NCBI GenBank assembly: GCA_963833575.1 | Contig: CAWHXY010000004.1 | Span: forward strand, 288,001 to 352,000 | Origin: Candidatus Bathyarchaeota archaeon | GTDB taxonomy: Archaea > Thermoproteota > Bathyarchaeia > Bathyarchaeales > Bathycorpusculaceae | Direction: 5' to 3' | Length of the DNA: 64,000 nucleotides | The notes under the pieces: generated by a model | The model's database searches: none | Seen by the model: only the letters and a program-made list of their open reading frames with translations | Told to the model about the DNA's origin: nothing | Shown: in pieces, positions 1-8,735 of the stretch | Numbering within the stretch: position 1 is the first letter of the stretch | Layout: each line of letters opens with the position of its first letter | Position numbers and translations under genes: made by a program

Positions 1-1250
1 TGTCGTTTCATTGCTTCTTCAGCTTCGTGTTCTGAATCGTAAACTTTCGCTGGTCCTTGATGTTTCATCATCTTAGGTGACACTGCCGCCATTTTCACAA
101 CTGCACCATGAGGAGCTAAATTGCCTTTGAGTATAGCTACGCCGCCTTCCTTGTGAACAGGATTATTGAGTGGGCGAATGACTTCGGCATTGATTATTTT
201 GGCTTCTGCGACGTTTTCCCCAACAGTTTTACCAGTAACTGTTAAGGCATCGAAGTGAACGAATTGTTTAAGCTCTTTAATTAGTGCAGGTATGCCGCCG
301 GCATTGCCTAGATCTGCCATGTCATAATCTCCGCTTGGAACCATGCTGCAGAGGTGTGGGACTTTTCGTCCTATTTCGTCATATTTTGCTAGACTAAGTT
401 TAGCTCCTGCTTCTGTAGCGATAGCTGAAAGGTGCAAGATCGAATTTGTAGAGCCTCCAAGCGCCATGTCTACTGCCGCAGCGTTTTCAAAGGCGTTCTG
501 GGTCATGATTTGTGAAGGCTTAATGTCTTTTTTGACTAATTCAACGATTTGTGTTCCGGTTTGCTTGGCAATTCTTTGTTTAAGTGCGCCATTTGCAAGA
601 GCTGTGGCACAGTAAGGAAGAGACATGCCTAAGGCTTCAGTCAAGCAAGCCATGGTGTTTGCTGTGAACATACCGTTGCAGGAACCACAGCCGGGGCAAG
701 CTACGTTTTCAAGTCTTGCTGATTCTGCGGCAGTCATTTTGCCGGCGAAGACTTTGCCGACGGCTTCAAAAACATTGTTGACTCCGACTTTTTGTCCATC
801 CAGTACGCCTGACTCCATTGGTCCACCTGTGACGGATATAGCAGGCACATTTATTCTTGCGGCTGCCATAAGCATTCCTGGAGTGACTTTATCACAGTTT
901 GAAATCATCACCATGCCGTCGAGACGGTGAGCTTGCATCATTATTTCAACTGAGTCAGCTATTAATTCGCGACTTGGAAGCGAATACCGCATGCCTTCAT
1001 GCCCCATGGCTATGCCATCGCACACGGCTATCGTGTCAAATTCAAAAGGTATTCCGCCTGCTTCCAGAATTCCCTCTTTAACCGCTTCACCTAGAGCTCT
1101 AAGGTGAACATGCCCTGGAACAATTGATGTGTAACTGTTAGCTACTCCGATGAATGGTTTAGCGAAATCTTGATCTGTTAAACCTAGACTTTTCAGTAGG
1201 GCTCGGTGTGGTGCTCGTTCAGTTCCTTTTTTTATTTCGTCGCTCCTCAT
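1..1250 (-). CDS. ilvD: dihydroxy-acid dehydratase (5' part; runs off window start)
   Basis: Manual minus-strand translation from ATG at 1250: MRSDEIKKGTERAPHRALLKS, then VPGHVHL, CDGIAMGHEGM, NCDKVTPG, CPGCGSCNGMFTANTM and LKGNLAPHGAVVK, all IlvD motifs. Confidence 0.95.
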   Translation of the reverse strand, partial: MRSDEIKKGTERAPHRALLKSLGLTDQDFAKPFIGVANSYTSIVPGHVHLRALGEAVKEGILEAGGIPFEFDTIAVCDGIAMGHEGMRYSLPSRELIADSVEIMMQAHRLDGMVMISNCDKVTPGMLMAAARINVPAISVTGGPMESGVLDGQKVGVNNVFEAVGKVFAGKMTAAESARLENVACPGCGSCNGMFTANTMACLTEALGMSLPYCATALANGALKQRIAKQTGTQIVELVKKDIKPSQIMTQNAFENAAAVDMALGGSTNSILHLSAIATEAGAKLSLAKYDEIGRKVPHLCSMVPSGDYDMADLGNAGGIPALIKELKQFVHFDALTVTGKTVGENVAEAKIINAEVIRPLNNPVHKEGGVAILKGNLAPHGAVVKMAAVSPKMMKHQGPAKVYDSEHEAEEAMKR

Positions 1251-1337
1251 ACCTGTAACCTCGTGTGCATTAAGACACCCATAATTTTATATTTAAGGTT
1301 GACGCACTGAAAAAAAGAGATGTAACTTAAATGGGGT

Positions 1338-2858
1338 ATTGCTTTATTCAACCGTTTCCCTAAACATGTAAAATTTTTAGACACCACCCTCCGTGATGGA
1401 GAACAAACACCTGGAGTATCACTTGTTCCTGAAAATAAATTAAGAATTGCTCAACGTTTAGACGAACTTGGTGTAGACGTAATCGAAGTTGGGTTCGCCG
1501 CCGTTTCTGAAGGCGAAATGGAATCAGTACGCCTAATTGCTAAACAAGGCTTGAAAGCTGCAATCTCAAGCGCAGCAAGAGGAACAAAAAACGACATCGA
1601 TGCTGTCCTAAAAGCTGGAGCCTCAACAGTAAGCATGATCATTCCAACATCTGATTTACACATTGAATGTAAACTACACAAGACACGAGAACAAATCCTT
1701 AAGTCAACAGACGAATGTGTAGGATACGCTAAAAGACATGGTTTAGTGGTGGAGCTTTTAGCGGAAGATGCAACCCGCTCTGACTTTGATTACTTAACAA
1801 AGGTTTTCCAAACCGCCGTTGATGCTGGAGTAGACAGAGTTATTCCATGCGATACCGTCGGAATCTTAACGCCAGAGCGTTCAGCAGAGTTCTTCTCGAA
1901 ACTAAAAGACAAAATAAAGGTTCCAGTAGGCGTACATTGCCACAATGATTTTGGCATGGCCGTCGCCAACACAATTGCCGCTTTAGGCTCTGGTGCAGAA
2001 GAAGTACATGCAACCATAAACGGACTAGGGGAACGCGCAGGAAACGCATCACTGGAAGAAGTAGTTGTGACATTAAAGTCGCTCTACAAAATGGATATAA
2101 ACATAAAAACAGAGTTGCTCTACAGTACCTCCCAGCTGGTTTCAAGATTAACTGGGGTTTATGTACAACCTAACAAAGCAATTGTCGGCGAAAATGCTTT
2201 CACTCATGAGTCAGGAATTCATACACAGGGGATGCTTGCCAACCCGTTAACTTACGAACCTATTGCTCCAGAATTGGTCGGTTGCAAACGCCGCATTTCA
2301 CCCGGGAAACATTCTGGATCTCATGCAATACGCGCAGATTTAGAAAGCATGGGTCTCAAACCTAGTCAAGAACAGTTTAAGGAGATATTCCAACGTATCA
2401 AAGAGCTAGGTGATAAAGGCAAAACCGTCATGGATGCCGATGTGCTTGCTATAGCAGAAAACGTTATGGGCTTAAGCAAAGCTAAACCGATTCGGCTGGA
2501 AGAAATGACATTTGTTGGTGGCGATAAAGTAACGGCAACTGCTTCTGTACGACTCGCATTGAACGGCAAGGATGTATGGGGTGCAGCAGTCGGAGTAGGC
2601 CCAGTAGATGCAGCCATAAATGCGGTCAAGAATGCTATTGCAGAAGTCGAACCTATCACGCTTGAACAATATATGGTTAAAGCCATTACAGGCGGCACAG
2701 ACGCCATGGTCGAAGTAGAAGTGCGAATGCGCAAAGGCAACAGAGCAGTGACAGCTATGGGAGTCCGCGAAGACATAGTTAAAGCAAGTATGGAAGCAGT
2801 CTTAAGCGCTATGAACGTGTTAACAACAGACTACAACAACAAAAAAAGCCACAGCTAA
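1338..2858 (+). CDS. 2-isopropylmalate synthase / (R)-citramalate synthase (LeuA/CimA family); true start uncertain, upstream of the track ATG at 1518
   Basis: In-frame upstream LDTTLRDGEQ (from 1377), HCHNDFGMAVAN, GLGERAGN, GENAFTHESGIH and a C-terminal regulatory domain (GVGPVDA); divergent from ilvD. Confidence 0.9.
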   Translation: MALFNRFPKHVKFLDTTLRDGEQTPGVSLVPENKLRIAQRLDELGVDVIEVGFAAVSEGEMESVRLIAKQGLKAAISSAARGTKNDIDAVLKAGASTVSMIIPTSDLHIECKLHKTREQILKSTDECVGYAKRHGLVVELLAEDATRSDFDYLTKVFQTAVDAGVDRVIPCDTVGILTPERSAEFFSKLKDKIKVPVGVHCHNDFGMAVANTIAALGSGAEEVHATINGLGERAGNASLEEVVVTLKSLYKMDINIKTELLYSTSQLVSRLTGVYVQPNKAIVGENAFTHESGIHTQGMLANPLTYEPIAPELVGCKRRISPGKHSGSHAIRADLESMGLKPSQEQFKEIFQRIKELGDKGKTVMDADVLAIAENVMGLSKAKPIRLEEMTFVGGDKVTATASVRLALNGKDVWGAAVGVGPVDAAINAVKNAIAEVEPITLEQYMVKAITGGTDAMVEVEVRMRKGNRAVTAMGVREDIVKASMEAVLSAMNVLTTDYNNKKSHS

Positions 2859-2974
2859 AATATGCACTGAATTTTTTTCTTAGTATTTTGCAAGAATTTT
2901 TCCTAAGTCAGTAATACAATACTAATAATTCAAGTAAGCAAACTTAAGTATTACCAAAATAATAAGTATTAATA

Positions 2975-3253
2975 GTGATAGATTTGTTTGAAGTCATCAG
3001 TGTTACAAAAAAAGGACAAGCGACAATACCCAAAAAACTAAGAAAGAAATACGGAATTAAAGACAAAATATTAGTAGAAGACAATGGAAAAGAAATAATA
3101 ATAAAACCTCTTCCATCTCCAGATGAAGCCTTTGGTTCATTAAAATCAATGTTCAAAGGAAAAACAGCAAAGGAATTACTCGAAGAAGCAAGAAAAGAAG
3201 AATTTACGCAAGATGAAAAGTGGATTAAACGTGCTAGAGCGGCTAACATTTGA
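2975..3253 (+). CDS. AbrB/MazE/SpoVT-family antitoxin (VapB-like)
   Basis: VTKKGQATIPKKLRKKYGI AbrB signature; overlaps a PIN gene. Confidence 0.85.
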   Translation: MIDLFEVISVTKKGQATIPKKLRKKYGIKDKILVEDNGKEIIIKPLPSPDEAFGSLKSMFKGKTAKELLEEARKEEFTQDEKWIKRARAANI

Positions 3254-3632
3254 TTCTGAACCTATTTTAGCCTTTTACTTAGGTGAAGCAGGCGGCGAAA
3301 TAGTTAACGAATTCCTAAAAAAAATTCAAAAAGGCGAAACTGAAGGTTACATCAACGTAGTTAACTTAACTGAAATTTATTACATTTTATCAAGGGGAAG
3401 CCCGTTGATCGCTGAAAAAACCCAAAGAGAACTCCGTTTATTCGGTTTAAAGGTTATTCCAGTAGAAGATAACGGTTTATGGCGCGAAGCTGGAAAAATA
3501 AAATGCAACCATTCACTATCGCTTGCAGACGCTTTCGCTGTTGCCACAGCTCAGAATTTAAAGACCAAACTTGTAGTCGGCAGCGACAAAGAATTCAACA
3601 ACATGGATGTCCAACTTCTAAGAATACGTTGA
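3213..3632 (+). CDS. vapC: PIN-domain VapC toxin
   Basis: FDSEPI, NLTEIYY, SLADAFAVATA and GSDKEF acidic PIN motifs. Confidence 0.85.
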   Translation: MKSGLNVLERLTFDSEPILAFYLGEAGGEIVNEFLKKIQKGETEGYINVVNLTEIYYILSRGSPLIAEKTQRELRLFGLKVIPVEDNGLWREAGKIKCNHSLSLADAFAVATAQNLKTKLVVGSDKEFNNMDVQLLRIR

Positions 3633-3641
3633 ATTTTACCA

Positions 3642-4478
3642 CTACGCGCTTATTTTTGGTGGTGGACGCACTCGTTTTCTGCCGAGTTTAATGCGTAGCG
3701 CGATGCGGTAGAGTTTGCGCAGTGACTTTACCAACTGCTCAAGGGTTGGTGCTGAGGAGAATATGAGTGGTATTTGCTCGTACTCAGCTATTCGTATGGC
3801 TTCTGCGTCAGGCGGAGTTTTGTGGAACACCACAATCCTTGGCTTTAAACTGCTGACTCGTACAATCATCATGGGCAAGGCGCCTGTTTCTACATTTGTG
3901 AAAATGAGTGCGCGATCAGTCGTAGCTCCGAAAAGCTGGGTGTACTCCGAACCTGAGTAGGTTTCAACCGCTTTGGTGCTATCGATAACTGTGTAACCAT
4001 TCACTTCTTTAACATACTTATCTTTACAAGCCACTACTTCGCCGTTAATTGCCCTGCACAAATACTCAACTCGAACTGGAATAGGAAACTCACGCAAATC
4101 TACCACAGCCATACTTGGTGAACTAGTAAGTCTGGCGAATTCCCGAATAAAGCGGCTGCCTTTTCCTTCATCAATGTGCAAAAGCGAGAGCACGAATCGT
4201 CTTATGAATTTGGCTCCCGGACTTTTTCGTCGCCCACTCTCATAGTCGCTAATAACACCTGAAGATGACAACCCCATAGTCTCGGAAAGCGTCGTTTGGG
4301 AAACAGCGAAAAGCTCTCGCCATTTCCTCATAGTAGATCCTGGTTTGCCTGAAAGAATTATTTCTCCAGCAATTCTTCTTGCTAAAACTTCCCTGAGGCT
4401 AGGCGATACTGACATTAAGTGGCTCCACGGTTTGCACTCTTCTCTTAAGTTAGACATATAAAACTTTAGTGCCTTCAA
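3642..4478 (-). CDS. archaeal XRE-type HTH transcriptional regulator (COG1709-like)
   Basis: RIAGEIILS, MRKWRELF, VISDYESGRRKSPG and GYTVIDS match this conserved archaeal family. Confidence 0.8.
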   Translation of the reverse strand: MKALKFYMSNLREECKPWSHLMSVSPSLREVLARRIAGEIILSGKPGSTMRKWRELFAVSQTTLSETMGLSSSGVISDYESGRRKSPGAKFIRRFVLSLLHIDEGKGSRFIREFARLTSSPSMAVVDLREFPIPVRVEYLCRAINGEVVACKDKYVKEVNGYTVIDSTKAVETYSGSEYTQLFGATTDRALIFTNVETGALPMMIVRVSSLKPRIVVFHKTPPDAEAIRIAEYEQIPLIFSSAPTLEQLVKSLRKLYRIALRIKLGRKRVRPPPKISA

Positions 4479-4704
4479 AAAAATAGAGAATCAACGGTTA
4501 AGCTCTTTTTCCAAAAAATTATGTATATTAACTTTGGGGTAAAGCATGGATTTTTAGTTCTTATTAATTTGAGTTATCGCTTGCTGCATTTTGAAATTCT
4601 AAATTGATTTATTAGGAAGTTTTGCGTAGTAGAGGAGTAACGTTCCCAGTCGAAAAGACAGCAAGAACGTTCCTCGCAATGAAAATAAAAAGGAGTTGAT
4701 ATAT

Positions 4705-4995
4705 ATGGCAGAAAAACCAAATGATGTAATCTTCGTTGGAAACAAACCACCCATGAGCTATGTACTCGCTATCATAACAGCATTCTCTTCAGGCGCAGGG
4801 AAAGAAATTACCCTAAAAGCAAGAGGACAAGCAATTACTACCGCCGTTGACGTTGCAGAAATTACAAGAAGCCGCTTCCTAAAAGACCTCAAAGTAACAA
4901 AGATCGCAATCGGCACCGCAGAGATGCCACCAAGAGAAGGCGAAAACAGGTCTCGAATGGTTTCAACGATAGAAATTACTCTTACAAAAGAGTAA
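4705..4995 (+). CDS. albA: DNA/RNA-binding protein Alba (paralogue 1)
   Basis: IFVGNKPPMSYVLA, LKARGQAITTAVDVAEI, VSTIEI; GGAG RBS. Confidence 0.93.
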   Translation: MAEKPNDVIFVGNKPPMSYVLAIITAFSSGAGKEITLKARGQAITTAVDVAEITRSRFLKDLKVTKIAIGTAEMPPREGENRSRMVSTIEITLTKE

Positions 4996-5066
4996 ACCAT
5001 GGCGAACAAAAACCATTAACCTGGGAGTATAAGCTCTCCAATCTTTTTACATATTAATTTTTTGTA

Positions 5067-5912
5067 CTATTTTTTCATGTAAATCTCAACTTTCTCTACA
5101 ATTTGACTGAAAGCTTTAGCTGCAGATGAATCTTTGTGTGCAATAATAAATGGGTGGCCTTTGTCCGAATCCGCTCCTACGGTAGGATCTATAGGAATAC
5201 TTCCTAGAAAGGGAACACCAGTTTCTTGAGCCATTTTTTTGCCGCCTCCTGACTGGAAAATCTCGGTTTTTTTTCCACAATGGGGGCAAACAAAACCGCT
5301 CATGTTCTCTACAACGCCAATTATGGGCATTTTCATTCTTTCAGCGAAAGTAATTGCCTTTTTTACTACTGTACTTGAAAGGCCTGTGGGCATGGTGACG
5401 ATTACAACTCCGTCCATTTCTGGGAGAAGTTGAGCAATGCTGAGTGGTTCATCACCGGTTCCTGGAGGCAAATCGATGAATAGATAATCAAGTTCTCCCC
5501 AAACAATATCAGTGAGGAACTGGCGAATTGCCCTCATCTTTAGTGGTCCACGCCAAATTGTAGGAGCCTCCTCTGGCAAAAAGAAGTCAATAGACATAAC
5601 TTTCATACCTAACGGGCCCTCAACTGGGAAAGCTCCTAAGGGACCAGTTTCTACGATTTGACCTTCTAAACCAAGAAGTTTAGGAACACTTGGCCCATGA
5701 ATATCCGCGTCTAAAACGCCAACTTTGTTTCCCATTTGCGCAAAAGCGGTTGCCAGATTCACGGTTACAGTGCTTTTTCCTACGCCACCTTTACCGCTTA
5801 TAATGGCAATTTTATGTTTAATTTTGCCCATTCTTTCTTTTAGATTCTGTTGTGATTCTGTTTGCTGATTCTTGTAAGCTTCAAGTTGAGCCATGTTTCT
5901 TTCTAAAGCCAT
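5067..5912 (-). CDS. Mrp/NBP35 Fe-S cluster carrier ATPase
   Basis: SGKGGVGKST Walker A, DADIHGPS, DLPPGTGD, ENMSGFVCPHC. Confidence 0.93.
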   Translation of the reverse strand: MALERNMAQLEAYKNQQTESQQNLKERMGKIKHKIAIISGKGGVGKSTVTVNLATAFAQMGNKVGVLDADIHGPSVPKLLGLEGQIVETGPLGAFPVEGPLGMKVMSIDFFLPEEAPTIWRGPLKMRAIRQFLTDIVWGELDYLFIDLPPGTGDEPLSIAQLLPEMDGVVIVTMPTGLSSTVVKKAITFAERMKMPIIGVVENMSGFVCPHCGKKTEIFQSGGGKKMAQETGVPFLGSIPIDPTVGADSDKGHPFIIAHKDSSAAKAFSQIVEKVEIYMKK

Positions 5913-6029
5913 TCAAAAAACACCAATTTACAAGTTGTTAAGGTTTGATTCTTAAGTGAGCTAAAAAAGTTTGCGGTTGATTGATACTGCTGAGTTACCA
6001 CAAAGGTAAAAAAATTCGAGAAATATTTT

Positions 6030-6353
6030 TTATGCTTCCTCAACCGAGGATAGCTCAAACTTGAATAAATCTCCGCCCTTTTCTTTAATTATTTTTATTG
6101 TTTCTTTGTCTGATACTTTGGCCATACTCTTTTCTTCTTCAGGAGACATTTTCGCTTTGAACACTCGAAATGTCGCCACATAATTTTCTCCCTTTTCCAT
6201 TTCTTCTAACAAACTGCTGTTAGGCACATCGAGTACAAAAGGCACCATCGTCTCCATATCCAGTGCATCAATTTCCCGAAGTTTAAGGTCTATATCAATA
6301 ACATTAATTCGTTTTGTTTTGAACTCATAAAATTCCCACTTAGGCTCTTTCAT
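6030..6353 (-). CDS. hypothetical protein
   Basis: 107-aa ORF with GAGGT RBS; no motif recognised. Confidence 0.6.
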   Translation of the reverse strand: MKEPKWEFYEFKTKRINVIDIDLKLREIDALDMETMVPFVLDVPNSSLLEEMEKGENYVATFRVFKAKMSPEEEKSMAKVSDKETIKIIKEKGGDLFKFELSSVEEA

Positions 6354-6464
6354 TATTTTTTACCTCATATTTGTGTTATTATAGCCTATTTATATTGATT
6401 TTTCATTGCCTCGTTTGACAAAAGAAGAAATTCACGATAGTTTTATGGATTCACAATTAAGTTG

Positions 6465-6965
6465 TTAACCCACTTTATAACCTATTTTTCGCAGGAACCC
6501 ACGACGTTCAATGATGTCAGCTTCAGTTTCTATGCCTGTACTTTTTAACCCGTCAACAACGCCAATAATGCCTCTTCCCTGAGCAGTTTCAGCAACTATT
6601 ACTTCTAACGGGTTGGCAGTGGCCGCGTAAATTGTGCACACTTCAGGCACAATCTTGATTTTATCAAGAACATTAAGAGGATAAGCATTTTTAATGTAAA
6701 TGAGAAAGCTATGGCCACAGGCAATTTCAAGGGCTTTTTGTGCAGCTAAACGGCGTAGTTCGTCATCGTTTCCTTCGTGGCGAACTAGGCAAGGTCCAGA
6801 ACTCTCGCAAAAACCCAAACCGAATTTAATATTGGGCACAGAATTAACCAGTGCCTCGTAGAGGTCTTCAGCGGTTTTTATGAAGTGTGCCATGCCAATG
6901 ATTGTGTTGCAATCTTTAGGCGGGTCGACTTTTACTGTTTTTATCTCCAATTTTAAGCCTTCCAA
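6465..6965 (-). CDS. adenosine-specific kinase family protein (PAE2307-like)
   Basis: GMAHFIKTAEDLYE, FCESSGPCLVR, CGHSF, ATANPLEV, RGIIGVVDG. Confidence 0.85.
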   Translation of the reverse strand: MEGLKLEIKTVKVDPPKDCNTIIGMAHFIKTAEDLYEALVNSVPNIKFGLGFCESSGPCLVRHEGNDDELRRLAAQKALEIACGHSFLIYIKNAYPLNVLDKIKIVPEVCTIYAATANPLEVIVAETAQGRGIIGVVDGLKSTGIETEADIIERRGFLRKIGYKVG

Positions 6966-7065
6966 CTTACTGTTAATCGTTTCTAGGGATATAATGTTTT
7001 AACCAATCGCCTTTAAGCTGGCAAAACCTAAATATCAAAGAATTGTATCTGATTCGGGAATGCAC

Positions 7066-7142
7066 GGGCTGGTAGTTCAGCTGGTATGAACGCTTGACTT
7101 GCACTCAAGAGGTCGGGGGTTCAAATCCCCCCCAGTCCACCA
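7066..7142 (+). tRNA. tRNA-Ala(TGC), CCA encoded, no intron
   Basis: Acceptor stem GGGCTGG/CCAGTCC with G3:U70; anticodon arm CTTGA-CTTGCAC-TCAAG; T-arm GGGGG-TTCAAAT-CCCCC; ends ACCA. Confidence 0.97.
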
Positions 7143-7168
7143 GAATAACTCCCGGACATTTTGGGGAT

Positions 7169-7340
7169 TTATTTTCTTTTTCTGAATAGCTTGTTGCCGC
7201 TAAAGTCGCAGACAAATTCAAAGCCTGCGTCTATAAGTTGGCAAGATTCCAATTCAGAGTGTGCGACACGAGCTGTGAAGTCATCGTCTTTGACACGACC
7301 AGCTGAGTGTAAAGCAGTGTGTTGTTGATTGATTTGTGAG
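7169..7340 (-). pseudogene. C-terminal remnant of a tyrosine recombinase/integrase, frameshifted
   Basis: Translation gives HKSINNTLLYTQLV (His...catalytic Tyr box), a frameshift, then KDDDFTARVAHSELESCQLIDAGFEFVCDFSGNKLFRKRK*; converges on the tRNA 3' end. Confidence 0.75.
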
Positions 7341-7460
7341 TAACCTTTTGGCTGATGGATTATAGCTAAGAAAAAATATCACTTGCGATATAAGGCTTCA
7401 CCGTCCTTGCGTCAAATCTACTGCTCACCTAATACTGCCTTGAACGCCCATAAACAAGCG

Positions 7461-7533
7461 AAAATAGGGGTTTTGCGGGTTAAATCACGAGGCTGATCAG
7501 GGTTCAAATTCGCACAATCCAATTGCACGCCAC
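7461..7533 (+). repeat. att-like scar R1 (conserved arm + degenerate tRNA T-arm fragment)
   Basis: AAAATAGGGGTTTTGCGGGTTAAATC...CAGGGTTCAAATTCG resembles R2-R4. Confidence 0.5.
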
Positions 7534-8089
7534 TAAAAAAACTCCTAAGGTCTTCTAAGGATTGGCGGGCATAGAAAGAACCGCCTTAGAATTATTATGT
7601 TTGTTTTTATAGGTTCTGATGATTAGATAATTAACTAAAGACCTTCCTCTATACCCCCCAATTTATTGAAGGCCTTTGACGCACAATTCTTCAAGAGCCT
7701 TCAATGTTCTGTTCCCAAGTCCCTTATCGCCGGAGAAAAAAGTGCCTGACAAGAATGCTGGGCGGAATTCTTCCAAAGTTATCTTGATGCTTCTAAAAGG
7801 AGCACAATTTGTCTCTCTCCTTTAACTCGTTTTTGACCACTTAGTCTGATGAGAAATACGAGCTGATAGAGGCGTCCAATTTGAGTTAAGCGAGTTAAAT
7901 CATATTTGCCAAGCAAGTTAGCTGCTTAAAATTTGAAAGGTGAGAGTTAGGGCGTTTTCTGCCCTTTTGCCTTGAATCGAGCGCTGTTCAGTTTTTCAGT
8001 TAAAGAATTAAGCCGATGCTTGAACTCTTCAGGAGATTCAGCGTTGTTAAAGACTGCCATCAAAAAACCTCAGTCACCTAAGTCCTACC

Positions 8090-8377
8090 CTAACTTTGTT
8101 GTCGCTCCGTGCAGATTTTTTGGCAAAGCACATGGTTTAGCTCCTGCTCAAGACTCCGCAGCTTCTTCTGTTGAGCCAACATGATAGACATGACCATGGG
8201 TTCAAAAATTATTGGATTGGTGGCGCAACTGCTTGCTGAAGCGAGACTGCGGCAACTATCCATCATCTGGTCAAAGGCTTGCCGATCTTCTTCGCTCGCC
8301 AATCCATCTTTGAAATTTTTCCATTTGCCAATCTCGACTTCCAAAGCCATTCTATAAGAAGGAATCGTCTTACCCAA
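8090..8377 (-). CDS. small alpha-helical protein resembling those encoded beside archaeal PolB2
   Basis: MGKTIPSYRMALE..EIGKWKNF...AFDQMM...NPIIFEPMVMSI; GGAGGTG RBS 8 nt before TTG; family assignment from recall. Confidence 0.6.
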   Translation of the reverse strand: MGKTIPSYRMALEVEIGKWKNFKDGLASEEDRQAFDQMMDSCRSLASASSCATNPIIFEPMVMSIMLAQQKKLRSLEQELNHVLCQKICTERQQS

Positions 8378-8565
8378 CTCCGACACACCTCCATAACTCT
8401 ACTATCATTTTCATAAACAAACACCTAGTTCGAGCATATCGCCTAAACTGTTTAAAAAGCAATTCAAGAAACATGTATTCGGGGCAGTAGAGAGAAGAGT
8501 GAAAATGAAAGTTAGATTGGACAAATGGGTTTCAAATAGTTTGTATTTTTAGAAAGGGTTTGCTG

Positions 8566-8656
8566 AGGCTCTGGAAAACAAAGGAGAAAATAAAGCAAAT
8601 GCAAATGCCCTATCTTCCAAATGCTATAGCTATCTCGTGAATTCTAACCAGAGCCT
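8566..8656. mobile_element. 91-bp MITE-like inverted-repeat element
   Basis: Perfect 9-bp terminal inverted repeat AGGCTCTGG...CCAGAGCCT, extendable with GCTGAG/CTCAGC. Confidence 0.35.
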
Positions 8657-8735
8657 GCTCAGCCCCACTCTTCGTCCGATTATTTTTCTTCTTGACTAAA
8701 AAAAGGGAAATTGATTTTTTTGGGATGCAATTTTT

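Noticed and set aside
343-1081. Plus-strand ORFs 343-615, 625-930, 899-1081, and many similar short overlapping ORFs throughout the track
   Set aside because: Antisense or alternate-frame shadows of well-supported genes (here ilvD).
1263-1280. GTGTGCATTAAGACAC resembles the cassette-site left arm
   Set aside because: It lacks the AAATTTT core and lies in the ilvD leader within housekeeping genes.
2868-3637. TGAATTTT direct repeat flanking the VapBC module
   Set aside because: An 8-bp AT-rich match without inverted arms is expected by chance.
7940-8060. Short minus-strand ORF MAVFNNAESPEEFKHRL as a PolB2 fragment
   Set aside because: Similarity is too weak to call by eye.
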